Source: a virus (lineage: Duplodnaviria; Caudoviricetes). Taken from it: 35,549 nt of DNA. The stretch is from IMG/VR virus record IMGVR_UViG_3300025889_000414, positions 1 through 35,549 of that record. One strand, written 5' to 3'. A model generated the notes under the pieces. That model had not been told where the DNA came from. It saw only the letters and a program-made list of their open reading frames with translations, and ran no database searches. The translations under genes were made by a program, and so were the position numbers. Positions 1 through 8,134 of this stretch are shown here, one piece after another (within the stretch, counting starts at the first letter, position 1; every line of letters begins with the position of its first letter).

Positions 1-42
1 GGGTGTTGGCTCTGCAATAGAAAAACTTACAAGGTGGATATA

Positions 43-243
43 ATGAGCAACAACGGTGAAGTGAAATTTGTACTGGCGACGAAGGTGGCGCACTGGCCGA
101 CTGGTCCTGTCTTTATGTGCGACCGTCATGCAGAGATTGCGAAAAACATAGGCGCGGCTATAGGCTTCTACGCGCCGGTAATACCGCTTGAAGAAAATGA
201 AATCCAGCAATGCCAAAACTGTTTAAACGAGGTGAAGAAATGA
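43..243 (+). CDS. Small hypothetical protein, possible Zn-binding (CxxH...CxxC)
   Basis: ATG at 43 after AAGGTGGA; motifs CDRH and CQNC; ATGA overlap with next ORF. Confidence 0.6.
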   Translation: MSNNGEVKFVLATKVAHWPTGPVFMCDRHAEIAKNIGAAIGFYAPVIPLEENEIQQCQNCLNEVKK

Positions 244-488
244 CAACATTTACATGGAACTACATGCAGTTTGAAATTGTCCGAGACGGGCAATACGCCA
301 CATCAATGATTAGAATTTTGGGCAACCTTAACCGGATCATCTGCTGGAACTTACCACTCAATATTACCGAAGATCAGGCGAGGCTTGTCTTACAGGGTTT
401 TTATGAGGGTGTTGAATTTTGTGAAAGCCGTATGCGTTTGGAAAAGCCTGATTTGCAAAGATTGTACGAGGTTGGAGAAGGGAAATGA
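240..488 (+). CDS. Hypothetical phage protein
   Basis: ATG 240 overlaps the previous stop (ATGA); GAGG upstream. Confidence 0.6.
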   Translation: MTTFTWNYMQFEIVRDGQYATSMIRILGNLNRIICWNLPLNITEDQARLVLQGFYEGVEFCESRMRLEKPDLQRLYEVGEGK

Positions 489-673
489 TTGACTTAATGG
501 ATGTTGTTTTCGGAATTTACACGACGATTGCCGCTTTGATCATTGGCATCGGGCTTGTCTCTATCTCAAGAATGAGCATCTTTGAAACCATTTTGTGCGC
601 CGTTTTCTGGCCGATCATAATCCCCGGCTCTATCGCTTTGACGCTGTGGGAAGTGTGGAGGGATGGGAGATGA
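485..673 (+). CDS. Small membrane protein (2 hydrophobic segments)
   Basis: Hydrophobic VVFGIYTTIAALIIGIGLVSI and ILCAVFWPIIIPGSIAL; ATGA coupling; GGAG upstream. Confidence 0.65.
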   Translation: MIDLMDVVFGIYTTIAALIIGIGLVSISRMSIFETILCAVFWPIIIPGSIALTLWEVWRDGR

Positions 674-738
674 CCACACTATCCCTTATCTTGTTCATTG
701 TCTTCGTTCTGCAAGCGTGCAGGATGGCGGGGGATTAA
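670..738 (+). CDS. 22-aa hydrophobic peptide MTTLSLILFIVFVLQACRMAGD (not in ORF track)
   Basis: ATG 670 overlaps TGA of the previous gene; GGAGG at 657-661; TAA 736-738. Confidence 0.4.
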   Translation: MTTLSLILFIVFVLQACRMAGD

Positions 739-749
739 TAATAAATTGT

Positions 750-777
750 TTGACGTTTATTAGCAAAATGTCATCCT
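750..777 (+). promoter_or_regulatory. Putative sigma70 promoter for primase operon
   Basis: TTGACG-N16-CATCCT with TGn extension; shares TTGTTTGACRTTTATT with the promoter at 3762. Confidence 0.45.
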
Positions 778-785
778 ATAGATCA

Positions 786-884
786 GCCCTAAAAAGCTGG
801 GCGCGGTGGACTGATCCTCCTTTATCACTTCCTCTGGGTGAACGCGCAAATTCCTTTCAGGGGGCATAAAAACAGAGGTTTATC
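786..884 (+). promoter_or_regulatory. Structured 5' leader of primase gene with anti-SD elements
   Basis: Nested stems GCCCT(786-790)/AGGGGGC(859-865) and GCGCG(801-805)/CGCGC(843-847); CCTCTG(831-836) complementary to CAGAGG SD region (873-878). Confidence 0.45.
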
Positions 885-3152
885 ATGGTTGATCTAACTC
901 CATTTAAAGCACAAATTGACGCTGCCATGAGAAGCGCGCCGCAGATATGCAGCGATCCGCGCAGCGCATTTATTTCTGTGCTACAAGCCGAAGGCTTTAC
1001 AGTCCCAAAAACATTACAAATCGGACAAATACAAAGAATAGACAGCCCGGAAGATAAAAAGGGCAAAAAATCAGGATGGTGCGCATACTATGAAATAGAA
1101 GACACTCAAAACGATGGGCAGATTATCGGCACTGGCGTTTATGGGTGCTGGAAGGGAGGGTATCAAAAAGACTGGTGCTCAAGATCACAGCATCAAATGT
1201 CAGTTGCGGAGCGTATTAATTATTTGAACACACGCGAAAAAATGAAGGCCGATTATGAAAGAGAGACAATTGAAAAGAATATTGAAGCGGCAAAAATAGC
1301 TTATGAAATATGGAACCAGTCGCCGGAAGCAACAAAAGATCATCCTTATTTAAAATTAAAGGGAGTGAACGCAGCAAACGGAATTAAGGTTTCTACGAAA
1401 GACGCAAGGCTGATTATTCCAGTTGCCATTAACAATGAAATTACATCGCTCCAATTTATAAATGCTAATAGTGTAAAGAGGTTTTTAACAGGCGGAAAAG
1501 TCAAGGGGGGATATTTTGAGATTGAAGGAAATAGAGAAACTATCTATGTCACAGAGGGATATGCAACGGCAGCGTCAATTCATCAGGCGACAGGCGCGAC
1601 AGTTTACATTGCCTTTAATGCAGGAAACATCTACGAAGTTGCAAGCTATGTCAAAAATATATCTGCACAATCCCGTATTGTTATCGCTGGCGACGATGAT
1701 ACAGGCACAACAGGAAATCCGGGACGAACAAAGGCCGAGCAAGCAGCCGAAGGGCTTGGCCTTTCGTGCATATTTCCAAATGGAGCAAATGACTTCAACG
1801 ATATGCACAAATCCCAAGGAATCGGCGCACTTAAAGCATATCTGAACCCATCCCATCAACAGGTTTATGAACGTCCTGAAAAGGAAACGGCAAACAATAT
1901 AGATCGTCCTTGCGGCGTACTTGGCGACATTATTGATTATTACAACGCCACTTCCGGCAATCATCAACCCGGCTTTGCCATTCAAACGGCATTGGCACTT
2001 TGCTCTATTGTCTTGGCAAGATCATACAAGACAAATTTTGAAAATTTCACATCTTTATATTTTATCAATGTAGGAAAATCAGGGACCGGAAAAGAGCATA
2101 CAAAGAATGTTATTGAACGAATATTATGCGCCGTTAATCTTGACAGGCAATTAATTGCCGGGGATGGATACACAAGTGCGGGTGCTGTCTTTTCGACGCT
2201 TCTCGATAAGCCAAAACATATCAATGTCATCGATGAGTTTGGCAGATATCTTGAGGCTGGCCGGGACATGCAGAAGGGAAATCATCATCAGCGGGAAGCC
2301 AATACGAAGTTGATGGAAAGCATTGGCCGCGCTCATTCTGTAATGAGGCCGCCGAATTATTCCAGTATGACACTTAAAAAGGAACAAGCGGAAGCCACAA
2401 AAAACAGGCATGTTTATAATCCGGCGATTACGATTGTAGGAATGACGACACCATCGACCTTGTTTAAAACGCTGGATATGGGCGCTATTCGAGATGGCTT
2501 CTTTAACCGCTTTATTGTTTCGATATCGGATGCACAGCGTGCCGTGCGCAAGCACAAACCGCCAATTGATGTACCAGATAGAATTATAAAATGGATACAC
2601 AATGTTATAGCGCGAAACGATCACATCCATATTTGTAGTGAGCCAGCCACGCCGATTGTTCTTGAGTTTACAACTGAAGCAATCGAGCTTCAAAATGAAT
2701 TTCAGGAATATTGCGTTAAAAAGGCTAATTATCTTGAGCGTTTCGGAATGGAAGAATTAACGGGAAGATCGAATGAAATGGCCATGCGCATTGCGCTGAT
2801 ATATGCCCTATCTAGGGATTACAAGGCATATGAAATAAACGCTGATGATATGAAATGGTCAATTGGGTATGTGAAAAATTGCCTTGAGGAGACAATTGAA
2901 AGGCTAAAAATTTCCATTTCACATTCCAGTTTTGAACACCAGAAAAAGGAAATATTGGCTGATCTTCGTAACCGTTCTCCTGATGGTATTACATGGGCGC
3001 AAATGCAGAAAACGCCGCCATATTCGCAACATAAACCGAAAGACCTTAAAGAGATTATGCAGAGCTTAAAAGATGCTGATCTTGCTGGTGATGAAATTTA
3101 TATAAATGAAAAAGGCGGGAGGCCGACGACGAAATGGATTGCGTTAAATTAA
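885..3152 (+). CDS. Primase-helicase: TOPRIM primase (P4 alpha/TraC-like) plus DUF3987-type P-loop NTPase and probable C-terminal winged helix
   Basis: HPYLKLKGV, SLQFI, EGYATAAS, AFNAGNI, IAGDDD, DFND primase motifs; GKSGTGKE Walker A; VIDEFG Walker B; C-terminal GGRP wing-like motif. Confidence 0.9.
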   Translation: MVDLTPFKAQIDAAMRSAPQICSDPRSAFISVLQAEGFTVPKTLQIGQIQRIDSPEDKKGKKSGWCAYYEIEDTQNDGQIIGTGVYGCWKGGYQKDWCSRSQHQMSVAERINYLNTREKMKADYERETIEKNIEAAKIAYEIWNQSPEATKDHPYLKLKGVNAANGIKVSTKDARLIIPVAINNEITSLQFINANSVKRFLTGGKVKGGYFEIEGNRETIYVTEGYATAASIHQATGATVYIAFNAGNIYEVASYVKNISAQSRIVIAGDDDTGTTGNPGRTKAEQAAEGLGLSCIFPNGANDFNDMHKSQGIGALKAYLNPSHQQVYERPEKETANNIDRPCGVLGDIIDYYNATSGNHQPGFAIQTALALCSIVLARSYKTNFENFTSLYFINVGKSGTGKEHTKNVIERILCAVNLDRQLIAGDGYTSAGAVFSTLLDKPKHINVIDEFGRYLEAGRDMQKGNHHQREANTKLMESIGRAHSVMRPPNYSSMTLKKEQAEATKNRHVYNPAITIVGMTTPSTLFKTLDMGAIRDGFFNRFIVSISDAQRAVRKHKPPIDVPDRIIKWIHNVIARNDHIHICSEPATPIVLEFTTEAIELQNEFQEYCVKKANYLERFGMEELTGRSNEMAMRIALIYALSRDYKAYEINADDMKWSIGYVKNCLEETIERLKISISHSSFEHQKKEILADLRNRSPDGITWAQMQKTPPYSQHKPKDLKEIMQSLKDADLAGDEIYINEKGGRPTTKWIALN

Positions 3153-3487
3153 TGTTACCGTTTCCTCCATCCTTGAATGCCGCATATTCAAATGTGCCGG
3201 GAGTTGGGCGCGTGAAAACAAAGAGATATAAAGATTGGATTCATAAATGCCCTGCTCTTTCTGATCGTGTCAAAGGTCAGGTAACAATCAGCTATGAAAT
3301 TTATCAGCCCGATGCCCGCAAGCGCGATGGATCAAACCTGCTCAAAGTTGTTTTGGATTTTTTAGTTTCTGAAGAAGTCATTGAAGACGACAACATGGAT
3401 ATCGTCGTTGGTGAGCAATGGATAAACCGGGGGATTGACAAGAAAAATCCGCGCATTGAAATCACAATCAAGGAATTTAAAAAATGA
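3134..3487 (+). CDS. rusA: RusA-family Holliday junction resolvase
   Basis: LPFPPSLN, RKRDGSNLLKVVLDFL, IEDDN, PRIEITI motifs. Confidence 0.85.
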   Translation: MDCVKLMLPFPPSLNAAYSNVPGVGRVKTKRYKDWIHKCPALSDRVKGQVTISYEIYQPDARKRDGSNLLKVVLDFLVSEEVIEDDNMDIVVGEQWINRGIDKKNPRIEITIKEFKK

Positions 3488-3747
3488 AATTCAAATCAAA
3501 ACCGCATACGATTGAAGCCTTTCAATTTACTGGCAGAGATATTAAGCCGCCGAAATGGTTTGTAGAAGCGTATGAGAAGGGGCAAGCGATTGTCACGCTG
3601 GATTATAAAGACATCAGCTATATTGTCGTGGTCACAAAATCAGGCACTCATAAAGCCTTTATTGGGGACTGGGTATGTATAAACGCCTCAAATACTATGT
3701 TTGTGCTGTCCGATGAAGAACTAAAAAGGGGCTTTTCAGAGGTATAA
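3484..3747 (+). CDS. Conserved small phage protein (KP..IEA.Q...GDW family)
   Basis: KSKPHTIEAFQF and AFIGDWV motifs; ATGA coupling to rusA. Confidence 0.7.
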   Translation: MKFKSKPHTIEAFQFTGRDIKPPKWFVEAYEKGQAIVTLDYKDISYIVVVTKSGTHKAFIGDWVCINASNTMFVLSDEELKRGFSEV

Positions 3748-3765
3748 ACTTGTAAAACATTTTGT

Positions 3766-3794
3766 TTGACATTTATTTTAAACCGGATTATAAC
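3766..3794 (+). promoter_or_regulatory. Near-consensus sigma70 promoter for recombination operon
   Basis: TTGACA(3766-3771)-N17-TATAAC(3789-3794); imperfect palindrome ACCGGATTATAACTGGT over the -10. Confidence 0.75.
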
Positions 3795-3835
3795 TGGTCT
3801 TACTGAACTGAACCATTTGCACAAGGAACACGAAA

Positions 3836-4057
3836 ATGACACAGACCGCCGAATTTAACCCAACGCACATTTTGACAGAAGCGGGAATACGCCGCCAAGT
3901 TGAATTTGTTTGCCCCGCCACACACAACGGCGAGCCAAGTAAAACTGGTGCGGTTGTTGTTCGTTATAACCTTGCCCCTTATTGGTCTGCGCCATCGTAC
4001 GGCAACAGAGTTCATTACTCTAGGAATCTCAGCGCAATCTCAGCCATCGGGGAATAG
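3836..4057 (+). CDS. Hypothetical protein
   Basis: AAGGA RBS and ATG directly downstream of the promoter. Confidence 0.6.
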   Translation: MTQTAEFNPTHILTEAGIRRQVEFVCPATHNGEPSKTGAVVVRYNLAPYWSAPSYGNRVHYSRNLSAISAIGE

Positions 4058-4095
4058 AGATATGTGACATACGAACAACAACAGAGGAATCTAAA

Positions 4096-4539
4096 ATGTG
4101 CAACATCGAAAAAGCTATTGAAAAAGTAGAAGCAATTCAAAATCAGATTGACTTGCTGCAAAAGCCTATTGCGGAAGAATTGTTCAAACTTCAAAAGTTG
4201 AAGGACGAAGCCGAAGAAAAGGCCAATGAATTAATTTACAAATCTTGCATATCCGACCTTCAAGGTAACGATTACGGATGCGGAACGGCTAATATTGAAA
4301 CGCCGCAATACAAGATCAAAACGGTTGTTTCAAAAAATGTGAAATGGGATGAACAGGAATTGCGCAATGTGGCCAATCAAATCCGCAGCGCAGGGCAAGA
4401 CCCGGAAACATATATCACTTACAAACTTTCCGTTTCTGAAACCAACTTCAAAAAGTTTCCTGAAAGTATTCAGGCGGCATTTTATCCAGCCCGGACGGTT
4501 GAGCCAAGCGCACCTAAAATTACGTGGGAAAGGAAATAA
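4096..4539 (+). CDS. Conserved phage protein typically found upstream of Sak4/SSB modules
   Basis: N-terminal coiled coil; VKWDEQEL...GQDPETYI...VSE...PARTV pattern; GAGG RBS. Confidence 0.7.
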   Translation: MCNIEKAIEKVEAIQNQIDLLQKPIAEELFKLQKLKDEAEEKANELIYKSCISDLQGNDYGCGTANIETPQYKIKTVVSKNVKWDEQELRNVANQIRSAGQDPETYITYKLSVSETNFKKFPESIQAAFYPARTVEPSAPKITWERK

Positions 4540-4540
4540 T

Positions 4541-4729
4541 ATGGCTGTTGGTAGCTATAAGAGAAACAAGATTAAACTTAATGTTCGCTACATTAGCGTT
4601 AGATTTGATGATGATGTATTTGATGAAATAAATAAAATTGCCTTTGAGAAAAATGTATCTTTCTCAAAGGCTGTTAATAGAATGATACGTAAGCATTTGG
4701 AGCGTCACAAAAGATTGGAGAAAAAATAA
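4541..4729 (+). CDS. Ribbon-helix-helix (Arc/CopG-like) DNA-binding protein
   Basis: ATG 4541 after AAGGA; YISVRFDDDVFDEINKIAFEKNVSFSKAVNRMI fits RHH pattern. Confidence 0.7.
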   Translation: MAVGSYKRNKIKLNVRYISVRFDDDVFDEINKIAFEKNVSFSKAVNRMIRKHLERHKRLEKK

Positions 4730-5413
4730 ATGATAATTACAAACACAAAAGACGAAGGAACGCAGTACAAAAGCTATCTTGTATTCGGAGCCACAAAGAC
4801 AGGAAAGACTAGGTTGGTCACTACGTTGCCAGAAGGTGAAGTTCTTTTGGTCAATACCGAAAACAATCTTGATAGCATATACGGCGCAAATATCAACAAA
4901 GTCGATTGCCAGTCGTATGATGCATTCATTGAAATTTTAGATGCTATTATTGCCAAGCAAATAACCCCAAAATGGCTGTACCTTGATAGCATTAGCGATT
5001 TAATGCAGAAAATCTTTAATGAAGAATTTCAAAAAACAAAAGATGGAAGGCAAGCATATAATAATTTTGAGCGCAAATATTACGATGTTATCGGGCGCTT
5101 TAAATCACTGCCTTGTAATATCGTCGCTATTGCCCAGCAGGGGCTTATCAAGGATGAAATTACTGGCGGCGTGATATTCGGCGCAACACTGCCGTGGGCT
5201 AAAATTCAATCGCAATTGCCTTATAACTTTTCTGCTGTTGTCGCAACAAGATGTGTCAAAAACGCAGAAGGAAATGACCAGTTTGTTATCCAATGCCACC
5301 CATGCACTCAATATCAGGTTGGCGTTAGAACACAATACGGGATGGAAAATCCGTTAGCCGGGTTTGAAAATCCCGATCTTCTACAAATTCACAACAAAAT
5401 CACAAAACCCTAA
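4730..5413 (+). CDS. Sak4-like AAA_24 ssDNA-annealing ATPase
   Basis: GATKTGKT Walker A; LYLDSIS Walker B; adjacent to SSB and nuclease. Confidence 0.85.
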   Translation: MIITNTKDEGTQYKSYLVFGATKTGKTRLVTTLPEGEVLLVNTENNLDSIYGANINKVDCQSYDAFIEILDAIIAKQITPKWLYLDSISDLMQKIFNEEFQKTKDGRQAYNNFERKYYDVIGRFKSLPCNIVAIAQQGLIKDEITGGVIFGATLPWAKIQSQLPYNFSAVVATRCVKNAEGNDQFVIQCHPCTQYQVGVRTQYGMENPLAGFENPDLLQIHNKITKP

Positions 5414-5432
5414 AATGAAAGGAAACTAAACT

Positions 5433-5948
5433 ATGGTTGCTCTTAATAAACCCTTGGTAACAACTGATTATCCAGACACAGGAATGCCTTTAATCACACC
5501 GGGACAATATCCGGCTGTCATTATTGGCGGCGAATTGAAAGACACGAAAAATAAAGATGGTCAATTTATTGCATTAAAGATCGTCTTAACTGGCGGTCCT
5601 CATGCAAATACAGAATTTACCGAGCGATTAAACATCATCAATAAAAATCAGCAAGCTGTCGATATTGCTTATAAGACATTGGCGAGAATTACTGAAGCTG
5701 TAGGATTGTCCAAAATCACAAACACTGATGAACTTAACAATCGCCCGTTCTTTGTTGAGATTAAAACAGAAAAAGGAAAGGAATATACAGACAAGGATGG
5801 AGTTAAAAGGCAAGGATACGATCAATCTGTCATAGGAAGATATCTCCCGGTTCCCGCTTTGTCTGAATCAGATATTCCATTTCCTCCGGTTCAGGATAAG
5901 CCAGCAGCGGCTCCGGTCAATAATCCATTTGCTGTTCCGAAATCTTAA
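5433..5948 (+). CDS. DUF669-like single-stranded DNA-binding protein
   Basis: LITPGQYPAVI, ERLNIINKNQQAVDIA, Pro/Ala-rich tail ending NPF; synteny with Sak4. Confidence 0.8.
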   Translation: MVALNKPLVTTDYPDTGMPLITPGQYPAVIIGGELKDTKNKDGQFIALKIVLTGGPHANTEFTERLNIINKNQQAVDIAYKTLARITEAVGLSKITNTDELNNRPFFVEIKTEKGKEYTDKDGVKRQGYDQSVIGRYLPVPALSESDIPFPPVQDKPAAAPVNNPFAVPKS

Positions 5949-5952
5949 TCAC

Positions 5953-5988
5953 TTCAACCGTGAACCGTTTCGGCGGTTCACCATTGAA
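5953..5988 (+). promoter_or_regulatory. Strong intergenic hairpin with UUCG loop, no U-tract
   Basis: TTCAA..GTGAACCGT-TTCG-GCGGTTCAC..TTGAA immediately before the AAGGA RBS of the nuclease gene. Confidence 0.6.
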
Positions 5989-5998
5989 AGGATTTCCA

Positions 5999-6745
5999 AT
6001 GGTTACAATTCCAAATCAGCCAGACCCAACACTTCAAGCCATGCTAAAGTTGGTTGCTGAAAGGCCACGCGAAAATAGAGATTATCTTGGCGCGTCCTTA
6101 ATTGGCGAATCATGCGCTAGAAAGATATGGTATAAATTTAACCGATTTCCTGAAGAAAAAAGCCAATGGGCAGATATTGCTAATTGCGCTACCGATAGCG
6201 GTCATTGGGCAGAAAAAATCACGGCAGACAGATTAAAACAAGTGCCGGGAATTGAACTCCATACCCATCAACCTGATGGTTCACAATATGGCTGGAGTGC
6301 CTTTGAAGGCAAATTCAAAGGTCATGTTGACGGGCTTATCAGAGGGCTATTACAAGCGCCGAAAGCGCCGCATGTGTGGGAACATAAAGACAAGGACCAT
6401 AAGAAATTTTCTGATTTTCAAAGCGTGAAAGAGAAACACGGCGAAAAGGACACGCTAAGAAATTGGAATGAAATTTACTACGCGCAAGCGCAGGTCAATA
6501 TGCACTATTTTCAGATCGACAGGCACTATATGACTGTTTCATACGCTGGCGCACGGAAATATGATAGTTGCCGGACTGAATATAACGGCGCAGATGCTGA
6601 AAAGTATATTGACCGGGCATATAAAATTATCAATACCGATGCACCCCCGCCACGTATTAGTGAAAATCCAGATTTTTTTAAATGTAAAATATGCCCATAT
6701 CGTAATGTAAAATATGCCCATATCGCAATGGAATGCCACGGATAG
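5999..6745 (+). CDS. Cas4-like PD-(D/E)XK exonuclease with Fe-S cysteines
   Basis: LGASLIGESCARKIWY, GHWAE, GHVDG, WEHK, YAQAQ, terminal CKIC...C. Confidence 0.85.
   Translation: MVTIPNQPDPTLQAMLKLVAERPRENRDYLGASLIGESCARKIWYKFNRFPEEKSQWADIANCATDSGHWAEKITADRLKQVPGIELHTHQPDGSQYGWSAFEGKFKGHVDGLIRGLLQAPKAPHVWEHKDKDHKKFSDFQSVKEKHGEKDTLRNWNEIYYAQAQVNMHYFQIDRHYMTVSYAGARKYDSCRTEYNGADAEKYIDRAYKIINTDAPPPRISENPDFFKCKICPYRNVKYAHIAMECHG
6681..6730. repeat. Tandem duplication, 23-bp period
   Basis: AATGTAAAATATGCCCATATCG identical at 6681-6702 and 6704-6725, followed by CAATG. Confidence 0.95.
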
Positions 6746-6755
6746 GATCAATATC

Positions 6756-8129
6756 ATGGAATATAAAGATTTTTTAGCAACAAAAAAGATTGCTGCATCG
6801 TATTGCGGAACTAATTATGAAGGAACGTTAAACCGTAATTTATTTGATTATCAAATTGATTGTGTTCAATTTCATTTGAAATGTGGGCGTAGCGCGGCTT
6901 TTCTTGATACAGGATTAGGAAAGTCAATAGTCAGCTTGGAGTATGGCCGTATAGTAAATTATCTTGAAAATAAGCCTGTTTTAATGTTAGCGCCGTTGGC
7001 AGTTGGTCAACAACATGCCAGAGAAGCTGAAAAGTTTAAAATCGGCGCTGATGTAAAATTCATCCGTGAATCATCTCAAATCGTAAATGGAATTAATATT
7101 ACAAATTACGATAATATGCACAAATTCAATCCTGATGATTTTGCAGGAATAATATTAGATGAAAGCTCCATCATAAAGAATTACAACGGATCAACTACGC
7201 GAAAGCTAATGGCCGCATGGGATAGGCACAAATGGAAGTTGGCGGCGACTGCTACACCATCCCCAAATGACCACATGGAACTTGGGCAACATTCTCAATT
7301 TTTAGGGGCTATGGATTCCAATGAAATGCTGGCGAGATTCTTTATAGCTGATCAAGAACAAATGGGAAGGTACCGATTAAAGGGATACGCAATTAAAGAC
7401 TTCTGGTCATGGGTCGCAAGCTGGGCGCGTTGTGCGACAAAACCTAGCGATTTAGGATATTGTGATGATGGATTTATATTGCCTGAATTAAAGACATTTA
7501 AGCATATAGTTGAAGCTGATATATCTCATGGAGCATCTGAGGGGATGCTTTTTAGAATACCAGAAACATCTGCAACTTCCATTCATAATGAAAAAAGAAT
7601 TACATCTGAAATCAGAGCCGCAAAGGTTGCAGAGTTGTGCAATACAAAAGACACGTGGGCAATTTGGTGCGATACCGATTACGAAGCTGATGCTTTAGTT
7701 GCCGTTATTCCTGATGCTGTAGAAATACGCGGCAGTATGAAATCTGAACTAAAAGAAGAATTACTTACTGCTTTTTCTAATGGTGAAATAAAAAAATTAA
7801 TTACAAAACCTAAATTAGCCGGATTTGGTTTGAATTGGCAACATTGCCACAAAACAGCTTTTATAGGCCTGTCATTTAGCTATGAGCAATATTATCAAGC
7901 ATTGCGTAGATTTTGGAGATTTGGGCAAAAAAATTGCGTTGAATCTCATATTGTAATGAGCGACACGGAAATGCAAATTTATAACGTTATACAAAGAAAA
8001 ATGAAAGATCACGAAAATATGAAATCTGAAATGGCGGAAGCCATGAAAAGAGTTGTTGTAAATAAAACTGTAAAACATGCTTATGAAGGAAACCAAAAAC
8101 CAAAATTACCAACATTTTTGAAAGGATAG
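6756..8129 (+). CDS. SNF2-like (SF2) helicase of the phage helicase-methylase pair type
   Basis: DTGLGKS, LDESS, ATATPSPND, GFGLNWQ, QALRRFWRFGQ motifs; ATG 6756 with AGGA. Confidence 0.9.
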   Translation: MEYKDFLATKKIAASYCGTNYEGTLNRNLFDYQIDCVQFHLKCGRSAAFLDTGLGKSIVSLEYGRIVNYLENKPVLMLAPLAVGQQHAREAEKFKIGADVKFIRESSQIVNGINITNYDNMHKFNPDDFAGIILDESSIIKNYNGSTTRKLMAAWDRHKWKLAATATPSPNDHMELGQHSQFLGAMDSNEMLARFFIADQEQMGRYRLKGYAIKDFWSWVASWARCATKPSDLGYCDDGFILPELKTFKHIVEADISHGASEGMLFRIPETSATSIHNEKRITSEIRAAKVAELCNTKDTWAIWCDTDYEADALVAVIPDAVEIRGSMKSELKEELLTAFSNGEIKKLITKPKLAGFGLNWQHCHKTAFIGLSFSYEQYYQALRRFWRFGQKNCVESHIVMSDTEMQIYNVIQRKMKDHENMKSEMAEAMKRVVVNKTVKHAYEGNQKPKLPTFLKG

Positions 8130-8134
8130 TTATT

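Noticed and set aside
818-824. Isolated TCCTTTA copies in the primase leader and at the MCP SD (25976-25982) as extra iterons
   Set aside because: Single AT-rich 7-mers are expected several times by chance, and these are explained by SD or anti-SD sequence
663-869. 68-aa ORF upstream of primase
   Set aside because: Runs across the predicted promoter and structured leader; the 670-738 frame has better coupling and RBS
5953-5988. Intrinsic terminator
   Set aside because: No T-tract following the stem on either strand
6681-6730. Repeat next to a Cas4-like gene as a mini-CRISPR array
   Set aside because: Only two adjacent copies with a 1-nt gap, no spacers, inside the coding sequence; solo Cas4-like nucleases are common in phages
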